Source: Bilabrum cf. latius (lineage: Eukaryota). Taken from it: a stretch of DNA of 64,000 nucleotides. Shown here piece after piece: positions 11,502 through 23,400 of this stretch (the first letter of the stretch is position 1; each line of letters starts with the position of its first letter). A program made the position numbers and the translations under genes. A model generated the notes under the pieces. It was not told the origin of the DNA and searched no databases. It saw nothing but the letters and a program-made list of their open reading frames with translations. Where the stretch lies: positions 1,364,001 to 1,428,000 of the forward strand of contig OZ237737.1 of NCBI GenBank assembly GCA_965178125.1. Direction: 5' to 3'.

Positions 11502-14500
11502 TCATGCGCACATTGACCGCCGGCGAACCCAGTACTGACTAACGGAGGCGTCAGCTTGTTGTTCTTCCAATTCGGTTGACCCGGTTGGTGGGGGTCCTCT
11601 CGACAGTGAGCGGATCAGCTCCACCAGTTCCAACTCGCAGGCGCCAGCAAGCAGCGAGGCCGCCCGCTCCAAAAGGACACTAAACTTACCACGCCGCTGC
11701 AACCGGATTCCAAAGGTGGCATGCTCACTGGAGATCCTCCCAGCACCGGTCGCCATGCCAAGCTTGTCCGCTCCCGGAGTGATGCACCATCGAATCGGAC
11801 CCAGTTGCGCACCCGCGTGAGCCATCCTGTGAATCCACCACTCTGGCTCCTCATCTCGGTTGTACATATCTACGGCCGCTTGCATGTCAGCTCCTCCTTC
11901 CACCCGGAGCGATTCCGACTCCACAAGGCGCGGAAGGCTGGCCCGAGCCGGCCAGTCCGAGTGCTACACGTCCTCCGGGTAGGCAGAATACACGTGGTGC
12001 CTGGAGTGCCTCAGTGGAAGGTACCGCAAGAAAGGTGCTCTGGATGATGAAGACTGCGGGCTGTCACCACAAGTGGTATCGGTTCCCATCAACCTGTCCT
12101 TTACGCTGTCATGGCAGCCTGCGATCAGACCCGCGCGTCGAAGCGCTAGCAGCGACTGGCGCACCACTTGGGCCACACCATTCCACGCGTCGTCCCACCG
12201 AACTGCAGCGAGCCAGACAGTTGAATCCCTCGGATAGCTACCCAGCATGGGTGGCAAATCGACTCCATCTTCCTTGCAAAACCGCATCACCTGACCCCTC
12301 ACCCATCGCATTCTAAGCTGCCCCAGTACCTCGGTGACAATCGTTTCCGACGTTGGCCTGCCAAGCTGCTTGACGATACACAACATTGTCTCAAACGCAG
12401 CGATCCGTCGTAGTTCGGCGTCCCATCCCTTGAACGGCTCGTCTGCCCCAAGAGGGCCTACAAGCAGGTCTGCCGCAGGCTCAGCTGGTCCGACCTCTGG
12501 CACCGCTGCCGTGGCCTGCGCACCATGTTGCTTTTCATGCACGCTTTCAATCGATTGATTCGAGCCAATTCTTGTTTCTGTCGCTGATCCTGCAGGCTCG
12601 ACTCCGTTTGCCAGATCGGTGTCCGGCAGCTCGCCTTCTTCCTCATCGTCAGACGGAAGCTCACCCTCTTCCTCTTCGTCGTCGTCATCCTCTTCGCCTT
12701 TTGAAATGCGCTACAGCACCCCGCCAGCTTCGCCAGCTGCAGAGTACGTAGTAGTCATGGCGGATGACGCTGCGACACTGGAATCGCAATGCCGATCCGG
12801 AGCCCACAGATCCACAAGCGGTGCGGCCTATGCCTGAGCCTGGCCCTGGTCCTGCTCGGCGGATGCCGCACCTGGTGTCGCAACAGGAGTAACACCTTCA
12901 GCGGTTATCGCGCTCGATTGTCGCTCCATTGCGTGCGATTCATCCTTCGTATCGGCTGGTAGAGTGCCTCCGGGCGTGGCAAGTGCCGACCTGCCGCCTG
13001 TTCGTGAATCCTCTTCTTCTTCCACGATGGTCTCCGGGCGGTGCACGATGCTCCACCGGTTGATTACTACTTCCTTTCCATTGATGGATGAACGAGTCGG
13101 CCCTGCTTTATCAGCATCGTCGTTCTCGTCGTTTTCATCCGACTCTGACTCGCTCATGTAAGCCCCGCTGCCGAGCCCGTCAGTCCCAAACGCCATCAGG
13201 TCATGAGGGTTGGGAGCATACGAACCGAACCCAGCCCATCGCCTGTGCACCGCAAGCGCTGCAGACCCTTTACCAACTGCGAGAGCGGTGATTGTCTTCG
13301 GCCGATACGTCGGGTTGAACACGAGGTCAGAGAACGTGGCTGACCCCAGGTCGCGCAGAAGAACCGGCTTGTGTCTCTCTTCCGCAGGACCGATAAAGTC
13401 GAGCTCAGGAGGTGATGGCTCTGCTGGATCTGGTACATGCGGCCTGCTAAACAAGCCCATGCCGCTGTCGTACTCCTCTGCAATGGCGCGATCCCGGTCG
13501 GCCTCGCGCTTCCTCCGGCGGCCGCGCCTGGGTACCTACGGCTTCAGCTTGTGTCCCCATGCAACCTGCCTGAACTGGTCTGGGAGTGTCTTACGATTAC
13601 CGTGCACGATAGACCTTCGCTCGTCTAAATCCATTGACTCAGACGCTCCTAGATTGGCGCTGGGGCTTGCAGAGGGCGCACCGCTGCTGAGGCTAGACGA
13701 TATGGCCTTGTCGAGCTCGTCCTCGTGCCCTGTGACGAACCGCCTCGTGTCTTGCTGCGGGGGTGGCATGCCGTTCAGCACAGAGATCCAGTGCAGAGTT
13801 TCCTGAGCCCGCTGGTGGCTCTCCTCCGAGGTTCCTGCCTGGACGTAGCGCATGTGTCGATCGAAAACCATCCGCTTGGCCTCCTCGGGGAACTCATCGG
13901 CGTGCTCCGCATCTTCGCGAGTCTGCCGCGCGAGGGCTCGGACCGCTTTGAGTCGACGAAGGAGCTGATCGCTCTGATTTTCGGCAGCTGGCGCCTCTGT
14001 CCTGCTTCTCTTTGCTGCTGGTGGACCCCCGCCACGAGCGTCCACGGATTGAGGAGGCTCGGCAACCAGGCCAGATAGAGATGTTTCACTTCTTGCCGTT
14101 GCTCGGAAGGCGCCCCCGTCTGCTCCAAGGGAATCTCTCGCATGAGATCCGTTGGATTGACGCTGCGGTTCTGCTCCTTCTTGGCGTGTCGCGCTCCCAT
14201 CTTCGCTGGCTGCCTGCTCGACCGGGGGCGAGATTCCCAGACCGGCAATCCTGCGCTCCAGCTCGGCGACCTCGTTGTCTGCCTCCTACGCTCGGGTAAG
14301 CACCATTCTTTGCAGCTTCTGCCCGTCCTTTTCGGCCCGATCAAGATCTTCTTGTATGCCAGGTTGGCGCAAAACCCACTCCTCGACCGACTGTGGCTGC
14401 GGCGGCAACCCCCTAGCTTCTGCTGCACCTGCCAGTCGCCCAGCTTCATCCTACGTCTCCGATTCAACCATACACGATGCCAGCGATGGGTACCACCAAT

Positions 14501-14984
14501 TCATCATGCAAAGCCATCTTTCCGGCAGAGACTCTTCATTTACGCTAGCAACTGCAGGTACAGAACGCCACTTGCCACATCTAGAGCACTCAACCCAGCT
14601 TGCTACAGTGCCTGGCTGCTACAAGACACTGACTTCAGCAGATTTACTTTTTGCAGACTTGTTTGGGAGCCTACCGCTTCCAACAGGCTCTGCTAAAGGG
14701 GTCTCACCAGCAAGTGCTGCAGAGGCCTTGCTGGCTGCTACCCGGCGCTTCTTCTTTGGGGTAGGAAGGCCGCTCTACAACGGAACACTAGAAGCTTTAA
14801 TCGGCTCAGGGGCGTTTCCTGACTGTGTTGTGTCGCTCGGTTCCTCTGGGGCGTCGCAGCTCGCATACTGTTGCGCCCACGAATTCATGTCACAGGTCCA
14901 ATGTTCTGGGAGTTCGTCTGGATTCATACCGGTTGCAAGTTTCCTCCATTTCCCGCAGAGTTCACAAGCAACCCAATCCGACAT
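11502..14984 (-). CDS. Protein with two N-terminal CW-type zinc fingers (putative methyl-H3K4 reader), ~1,160 aa; 8 internal TAGs
   Basis: Five track ORFs (14775, 13536, 12828, 11964, 11502) share one frame with only TAGs between them (14775, 14619, 14451, 14286, 13536, 12828, 12711, 11964). CW1 is WVACELCGKWR...WTCDMNSW...SC. CW2, absent from the ORF track, is WVECSRCGKWR...LPERWLCMMNWW...SC. It ends in TGA. Confidence 0.75.
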
Positions 14985-15082
14985 GGCGAGCAGAACGGTG
15001 CAGACGGCGTGGGGTCTGCTGATGATGCGCATTCGCGCAGTGCAACTTTTGACGTCGCGTCAGGTTGAAACACAACATTGCC
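14985..15082. promoter_or_regulatory. Putative bidirectional promoter region (CW-finger gene / MYST gene)
   Basis: Only 98 bp separate the divergent ATGs. Confidence 0.45.
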
Positions 15083-16677
15083 ATGTCCGCCGCTACTGGC
15101 GGTGCAGGCAAGCCAGCAGCAGCCAAATCGTCTAAATCAAAGGGAAAGACATCAAAGGGTGGGAAAGGGACGGATGGAAAGCTTGTAACTGGAGCTGGAG
15201 CTGCAGCAAAGTACTCCGCCAGCGAGAAGGACGAGCACGGGTTTGTGGTGGATTCCAGGATTATTGCAGAGTACCGAGGGTAGAAACGACCCGCGTTGGT
15301 GATTGATAGGGCAACAAAGAACGGAATGCTGCCGCAGAAGAGCTAGAAGGCGGCTGGAGCCGCATCTGCTGCCGAGACGGCCCCGGCTGCAGATGCAGAC
15401 CCTATTTTGCGATACTATGTGCACTTTCTACAGGTAAGATGAGTACAGATTGCTTTCGAGAAAGTTTTCTTTTTATTGTAGTTTGCTGTAGCTCTTCCGA
15501 TGGACTGCCTTTCTCACAGTTCAATCGTCGAATGGATAGCTGGGTGACTGCCGACAAGGTCGAACCGATCGAGAACGACCCAGATGCGGTGGCGATATCC
15601 CTTGCATACGGGTCGGGTCACGGACATGGACAAGGAGAAGAAGCGGCAACGATGGCTTCTTCCGGCTCGAAGCGAGGCAAGAAGTCCAGCGTCGTGATGT
15701 TTGTAGAGGAAAAGCACGGCGACATGGACGAGAAGGACCTGGTGGAGCACGAGAAAGTAACCAGGGTGAAGAATGTGAATTTCTTGGAACTGGGCAAATA
15801 CCGCATGGAGACCTGGTACTTTTCTCCGTACCCACCGGAGATCTACCTGCCGGAAGGCATGATTGAGACACTCTACGTCAACGAGTTCTCGCTGCAGTTC
15901 TTCAAGCACAGGTCTGAGATGCTCAACCACTCCAAGAAGTACCCCCTGAGACACCCTCCGGGTGACGAGATCTACCGCAAGGACGGGATGGCGGTCTGGG
16001 AGGTGGACGGAGCCAAGGAGAAGGAGTACTGCCAGAACCTGTGCTACCTCGCTAAGCTCTTCCTGGACCACAAGACGCTCTACTACGACGTGGACCCTTT
16101 CTTGTTCTACATCATCACGGAGCTGGACGAGCACGGCTATCACATGGTGGGGTACTACTCGAAGGAGAAGGAGAGCGAGCTTGGCTACAACCTGGCCTGC
16201 ATCCTCTGCCTGCCCTGCTACCAAAGGAGGGGATTCGGGCGGTTCATCATCCAGTTCTCCTACGAGCTGAGCAAGAAGGAGAAGAAGGTAGGCTCGCCCG
16301 AGAAACCCCTCAGCGACCTGGGCCAGCTAGGGTACCGCTCGTACTGGAGCTGGCAGCTGCTTGGCATTCTTAGCAACACCTCCGCCCCGGAGATCAGCAT
16401 CATGGACCTCGTGGCGCAGACCAGCATCCTCCCCGAAGACGTGGTGGAGACCCTCCAGTACCACGACTTCATCCGCTACATGAACGGCCAGCACGTCATG
16501 TGTCTCGACCCCAAGGTGGTCAAGAAGAAGTTCGACAAGTACAACAACAAGCCAGGCCCCGTGGTGGACCCCGACTACCTGCACTGGACCCCGCTGACCA
16601 TCAGCCTAAAGAAAGACAAGTGGCACATCGCCTCCAAGCTGAGGGGCAGCGCTGCGGCCCAGGGCACCGGTACGTGA
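15083..16677 (+). CDS. MYST-family histone acetyltransferase (Esa1/Tip60/MOF-like) with Tudor-knot/chromobarrel domain; exons 15083-15433 and 15520-16677; TAGs at 15281 and 15344
   Basis: Splicing gives YYVHFLQ|FNRRMDSWV (Tudor-knot). The MYST core includes TWYFSPYP, HPPGDEIYR, YCQNLCYLAKLFLDHKTLYYDVDPFLFY, YNLACIL, QRRGFG and GSPEKPLSDLG. It ends in TGA. Confidence 0.92.
15434..15519 (+). other. Spliceosomal intron of the MYST gene (86 nt)
   Basis: CAG|GTAAG donor, T-rich interior and TTTCTCACAG acceptor. Splicing restores the Tudor-knot motif. Confidence 0.85.
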
Positions 16678-16727
16678 TCCGCTTGTCTGCACCCACCACA
16701 ATGCACTGCATTGCCCGCACCTGCAAT

Positions 16728-16751
16728 ATGGGATGGGATGGGATGGGATGG
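16728..16751. repeat. Short (ATGGG)n microsatellite, ~4.8 units, downstream of the MYST gene
   Basis: ATGGGATGGGATGGGATGGGATGG is read directly from the sequence. Confidence 0.8.
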
Positions 16752-17408
16752 CTGCCGCACTATGGCATCCCCCTTTCCTCCCTAGCTCTTTGGCAGCTAT
16801 TTCCCAACCGTTGGACTTCAAGATCAACGCTGCGCTGGAGGCGCCATGCCATACCATGCCGTGGCATGGAGCCTCCAGCGCGTGGGCGCATGAGAGCGAG
16901 CGCTGGCAAGGGCAAGAGGGAACGGCGTAGACCTGTGTCGCGAGTATAAGTCATGGGAGCATGGGGTGCACCTCGCAGCTTTCGCTCGAACCCTGTGTTC
17001 GGTAGAGGGATCGCATTGAGATGCATGGCATTGTATTGCCAGTGGCAGCATGGCTGTGCTCGGGGCAAGCTTGCCTCGAAGCTCGTGTTGAGGCTCGGGG
17101 ATAGTCTCCTTGGCGCAACTGTCGACCTGATGCCAGTGCGTACCCCAGGAAGGGGTTTGGAATGCCGTATCCCCCCCCTGGTGGGGGCGCATGAACGGCT
17201 GCCAGAGCTGTCGAGTATCGGGCTGGTTGGGAGATGCTGTTTGTGCAGAATTCAAGAGAGTTATATCGTCTCAACACGCACCTTGCTGCTATGCACTGAA
17301 GCATCTCCCAAGCGTGAAATTAGTCCTGGCCAACTAGTGAAGATGAAGACGGATACTGCCGAGGGCGCAGCGGGAAACCGACCGGATTTTCACACCGGTA
17401 CAAACGAG

Positions 17409-20400
17409 ATGTTTCGCACGGTACTGGTCTATGCAGCCGTGATATGTCTATTATAGGTCGTTTGCAGGTCCTCCAATCAGCAGACTTTTGGTCCTGGCGG
17501 GGAAGAAAAGCTATCTACAGAACTTATATTTCTTTCCGCTGGCATCGCCAAAGGTGCCAGCAGTCCAGATTCCAGTGAACACCTTGCCCATGTGAAGTCA
17601 ATGCCAAGTATAAGACAAGTGGATCCGCAAAACACGCTCAGCGTGGCAGCAGATCGCCAGGATGAGCGCCGAAGCCTTCGTGCGACCACATCACGCGACA
17701 CGGTATCGCATGCTAGCCAGCTCAAAGCGCACTCGGATGAGACACTGAAAACACATGAACCTCTTTCGTTAGTTGGAAGCGCGGGCAGGGGGTGGACTTG
17801 CGGCGTTGGTCACCACAAGCACCACCGACGCTTAGGATTGCATCGCGAGCCTCGCCAGAGCATGCCGCCAGGCGCTGCCCAAAGGCGTCGTCTACAGCAA
17901 GATCCATTTGTTCCTGCATATATGGCTCGGCAGAGAAACATCACGCAGCCTCTCCGCATTAGGTTTGTGTACGACCTGATACTGACCGGGGATGCGACCG
18001 GCGGGCCTCCGCTCTCTGGGAGCGCTGCTCCGTGGGACGGGATTTCACACGGATTCTCGCCCTAGCAGTGCATAGCAGCGGGAGAGTATGTGCGCGTTCC
18101 ATGCTCTGGCTCGGGGGGCAGCTTCTGCTCGTAGCTGTGCTCGCAGCGCGACGTGGTGCCAGCGCCCGCGCTTGCGCTGGCGGCCGCGGCTGGACAGGCG
18201 TTCGCCCGGAGCACCGCTGGCATTATTAACTAGCAGCTTCATCAAGCACAGCGCATGGATGTAGCGATAACTGTGGCTGGCCGGGCGGCAGGCATACCTT
18301 GGTCCGGCGAGGACTCCGCGAACGGGTCATCGCCGCCCACCTCATCGTCCTCCTCCCCTCCGGCAGCAGCGCGCCTGCTGTGGCAGGGGAGGGAAGATGC
18401 TGCCGCCTCTGCCACCCTGCTCGCATTCGGCAGGCAGGTGAGACACTTGCAGGGCAGCAGCTGGATCGCTGCCAGCCAGCAGAGCCTCGGTGGGGCAGGT
18501 GCCGCAGCATCGGATGCGTGGCCGGGGCTCGCCGCCCTGGCTGCGATGCAGACGATCTCCGCCGCTGCAAACGACGGCAAGGCCCAGAGCAGCGTACAGT
18601 CCCCGCCAGCTTCATCTGGAGCCCTGCCGGGCTGGGCAGCTCAGGCCCCGGGGTACCCGCACGGCCAGGGATCCACGCTGGCTGGCACCCAGGCCCACGC
18701 CACGGCAGGAGCACTTGCTCATGCCCTCGAGTGGGCGGGACGGTATTTTACCGGTCTGCTCGACGTGGTGCCTTTGCAGGGGGAGCGTGCTTTCCTCAGC
18801 AGATCGTGTGAGGACGCCAGCGGGCTCTCTGGCGGTGCACTGCGGGCGCGCACGGCCACGCGCAAGGTAGCCGGGGCCTCTGCACCCGTGACTGACGCGC
18901 CAGTCACGCTCGGGGAGCACACTGCGCTGCCCGTTGCATCTAGTATTGCGGACGAGTTCGGGCTCAGAGAGGCTATGACCGCGACGAGGGCAGCATCTCG
19001 ATCGCTAGGCTTCTTGGTTGGCCAACAGGCGGGGTTGTCGTCTGCCACGAGCTCGCCAACTGCGAGGCTGCTAGGGCTCGCGGGGAACGGGACGGGAGCG
19101 GCAACTGCGAGCGCCAGTGCGGCCTTTAGTGAGGGGATAGCCTAGTCGGCATTGCGAGCGGGCTTGCGCACCTTGCAGTTCATGAGCGGTACGGGGGCAT
19201 CGAGCGGCTGCCAGCTGCCACCGAACAGCACGGCTTCGACTGCTCGGTCGCGCGTGGTGGTTGCCGACGCTGACGTTGCGGTGATCGTCACAGCGAGGCC
19301 CCTGTACCAAGAGGACGGTGACAGCGACAACGTTGCTGCGTACGCACAGTGCCTCCAGGTGGACAAGTACGGCCGGTGCACCGTCGGTCACTTCAACTGG
19401 GTGCCAAGCAGCCTGGCTGCCTCGGTGGCACCGCCTGGAAGCGGCGGCACGGCTGGGGGCCTGCCCGGCGTGGTTGCCTCGCAATCTAGCACATCACCGA
19501 CCTCACCTGCCATTGAAAGCCTCGCCGATATCGTAAGGCCCGTGCTGTCCTGGGACACCGCGGTGAATCAGTCGATGTTCGCTCTCAAGGCTGCAGGCAC
19601 AGGGAACTGCTCGTCTTCGGCAAGGCGGTGCGTCGGAATTGTGTGTCCGGTGGTGTGTGAGGACATCGGCAGTGCAGCTGCTGCCGCAAGTTCCTTGTCA
19701 GATGCGGGCGCCACCTCTTGGAATCGCGCGACGTGGATGGCGGCGGCGTCACTTGGCAGCTTCGGTTCCCTGCCGCAGTCGGCGAGGGCTGCTGTCCAGG
19801 CGCCCACCGAGCTGCAGTAGGCCCACAGTGATGCCGGAAGAATTATGTCTGCCTTCATTGACAAGGAAGCTCACATAGTGGCAGGTAGTCAGTCGAGCTC
19901 AGGATTGTCTTCCAGCAACGCAACTGCTAGCTTGGCTCTGAGCAGCGATGCGTCGCAGTGCGTGTTCGCGCGGTACGGCATTGGCATTTCGAGTGCAGTA
20001 GCGGCAGCAAGTGGGAACTTACAGGAATGGTAGGTCTTTCCATAGCAGTTTCAACGTAGTTACAGGCCTACATTGTCTCTAGCAGGCTAGGAGATAGGCT
20101 AGTGGGAGCAGGAGGGCTTTTGCGGTAGCACTGACTCTACCACTGCGGTGGGGCCTGCGAACTACGTCGAAAGCGTGCGATACGGGGTTAATGGGACCAA
20201 AGGCACGTATATGATTGGGTGGTCGATGGATTTTTCTGCCTAGACTACTCTGTTTGAGGCGGCAGCTGGCATGCACGGCAGGGCACTGGGTGCGCTCCGG
20301 CCGCGGTCGACTCCATGGTACTCGATTCGAGCGAGACCAGGAGAGCTGACGGCACTCGAGGAGGCGCGAAGGCACACGGCAGTGCACGAGCTCATTCACA

Positions 20401-23400
20401 TTATTGCCCGGGGCGTGGGTCCTTCGAGTGGGATCGTGGACGACGCTGGGGCTGCCCTCCCGCTGGGCTAGCAGGTCACGATCGGCTCGACAAGCCTGGC
20501 TGCCATCAACACAAGCAGCCCCATGCACGCGACATCGCTGCAGAGACACCTCTCGCAGGCTGGCACAAGCGGAGAAGACCCAATCTACGGCAAACCAACG
20601 ACGGTAGTATCTACACCGAAGGTTCGTGGTGAGGTGCGGCGCGCCTTCGGCTGCGACGTGGCAGTTGGCATGCCCCTCGAGGACGTTCCTGGTGGGGCGG
20701 GGATCCACTGGGAGTCACGGGTGGCTGGTCCTGAAGTGATGAGCTATGGAACATCTACCGGTGCAACGTACGTGTCAGCGGTCACGCTGGCGTTTCTCGA
20801 AGACACCAATCATTTCGTGGTCTCAAACGCTGGGCTGAAAGGCGAACTTGTCCGCAGGGGTGGGTCGATTGGTGGCGACCCGATGGCTCTACCGCCCACC
20901 GATACCTCGCTTGTCCAGCACAGCAGATCATCCTGCAACGTAGATCAGCTGCAGTGCTGGCAGAGCCGGATTTCTGTTGCCCACGTTCTTGATGTCGACG
21001 AGGCCGACAGCGTCGCCGTGGAAGCTGGCACACCTCGTGTCGGTGTCGCTGCCGGCAATGTAGTGGCTGGTCGATGGGCAATGGGGATGCTTGTATAGCC
21101 CACAGACGAGCTCATTTTTGGTGAAATACGATCGCGGGCGGCGCCATTGGTGGACCAGCTGGTTGCATTGACTGGGTCGCGGAGCGCAGTGCTTGCTAGC
21201 AACTTCAATCTACGCCTTTCGGGCCCAGTTGACCCTGAAGGAAGCATCGTCGTTGAGCTAAGTACGGCCCAAGGCGATCAAGTAAGCACCAGTGCGCCCT
21301 ACTCCCCGTGGCAAACGACGAGTCGCGAGGTTGTGGCTGCCCTACTGCTTGCACCGGCGCGAGCACTCGACACGATTGGAGATGCTGACCTGGAGCCAAG
21401 CACGATCGATTGCCTGGGAGATTCCTTGCGCGATGGTATGGATGGAGCGACCGCTGCAGATTGTGCCTTTCTCACTATGTACAGGGGCATAGTGGCCTCC
21501 TAGTCGTCCATGGCAGCGATGCAGCTGCTGGCCCTCACCGCCACGCAATCTGAAGTAGCATCGGCCACGCTAGCAGAAGCCGTGCTGGGATCTGCATTGC
21601 TGCAGCTGAGTGCAGGTGATACTGCGTCACTGTCTCTAGCGATACATGGCTGGGGTATGGACACCATAGAAAGCATCTCTCGCGTCTCCTCTCTCGGTTG
21701 GTCTGCTTCCAGCTCGGCCAGTATTTCCGTAGCTGCTGCTGCGACCGGCACTCGAATTGACGTGGACCCTGACTCTACATACGAAGGCCAGAGCGGTATT
21801 CTTGCTGCATTGAGTAGGACCAGGTGGAGCGAATCTGCGCAGGCCAATGAAGACGAGGGGTCGCTGCGGTGGGGTAAGGGTCAAGGCTGCGCCTTTTTGG
21901 TGGGCAGGGCAACGGCGCGACTCGACGAAGCGGGTGGAGTGGGGCGTCTGGCATGGGGAGGTGCAGAATTGTGCGATACAAACAAGAACTTTGGATGCAG
22001 CTTTGATCGCCGCAAGTCCTCGGTTTGCTCTCTGCGGAACGACTGGCTGCTACCACAGTCTGAGCCATACTCGTGCGGCACTGTATAGCAGCGCGGTATC
22101 AGCACAAGTTCGAGCACGAACAGTGACTGGTTCACGGCAGCGAGCGCTGCGAACGCAACGAATCGATTCGTAGACGACGGTACCGGCGGGTCGTCCGTGC
22201 CGGAATGGTTAGGGTCGGCGTCCTCGCAATGTGAGCAGCCTGACGCTTCGACGTGCACCGCAGGGTAGTGCTCCCTACCATTTGAAGTGCGACCGTACAC
22301 TAGTGATAGACGTGCTATTGCTGCAGTGGGGAGCGGGGCATCAACTGCTGGGCGAAGCGGTGGCTTCAGCGCTTCCATGGACTTTGCGCCGGTGCGTGCG
22401 GAGCTATGGGACTGCAGGGACCCAATAGAGGACGTGCAAACGGTTGCGAATGCAACCAGCCAGGCGTCCAACTCGGGCGATGGATCGGCTAGCGGTTCTG
22501 TGCTAGATCTTGCCGCTGAAGCTGCTGAACAGATCAGTGGATTTGGTGGTCAGAGCAGATGCCCGGAGTGTCGGTGCTTCGAGTCTTCCCTGCGAGAGCT
22601 CACGAAGCCAGCCACAGGCTCCGGAGCCAAGCAGTACGGCAGCTGTTTCCGAGCCAACTGTTATCGCAGGGATTATCTCCAGGTGGGTGTCAGGGGGTAG
22701 GTCGACGGGACTGTGTCGTGGTATCGGTGTCCCAAGGAGGGTGGCAAGCTGCGCATTGCAGGCTTCACCGGATCGTTGACGTGTCCGCCCGCAGAGGAAG
22801 TGTGCCAATTTGAAGCACCCAGCGGCGTTCGTCACTTGGAGGCCGTGATTATCATTGAGTGGGTTCTCTGGGTGTCGATCCTTGGTCTCCCGGTTCTCTT
22901 GGTGTCGTTCTGCTTGTGCGTCCGGTGCTTCCGCGAAGGCATCGTCCGTCGTCTCAAGCACTGGTGCGGGGTTGGGTTCTTCGCCATCCTGGCCCCACTC
23001 GACCCGCGTGATCGGTGGCAGCTACTTGAAGACACGATCGAGCGCGGACGCGAGCGTTTCATCGCAGACGATGAAGAAGATTGGACATCGGACGAGAGTG
23101 GCGATTGGGATGGGGAGGACGGCTCCCAAGGATCCATGTCAGGCGACGACGACGTGCCAACGTTGGCTCTCGGAAACGGACTAACACCTCTTGGGCCGAC
23201 TCCCGGGGGTTACCAGAATGAGGGGGCGGCAATCACCGCTGCAGTCGCTGTTGCTGCTCCTGCACGCTCAACAGCAAGGTCTCGCGGTTGGCAGGTACTC
23301 AAGGCAGCCACTCGTGAAGGTCAACATGGCGGTGCTAGCCGCCCTGACCGGCCTGGCCGTCGTCCGAGTGAGGACATTCGAAGAGAGATCTCGGCCCCTC

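Noticed and set aside
16678-17408. Largest spacer, checked for a suppressor tRNA, ncRNA or small gene; ORF 16953..17456 is in frame with the M8 gene
   Set aside because: I found no cloverleaf or paired A/B boxes. It holds only short pentamer repeats, and ATG 17409 gives a better signal peptide. An upstream start cannot be excluded.
20031-20243. AT-richer, TAG-dense stretch beginning G|GTAGG that looks like an intron
   Set aside because: The frame is kept with only TAGs, so no intron is needed. It remains possible without RNA data.
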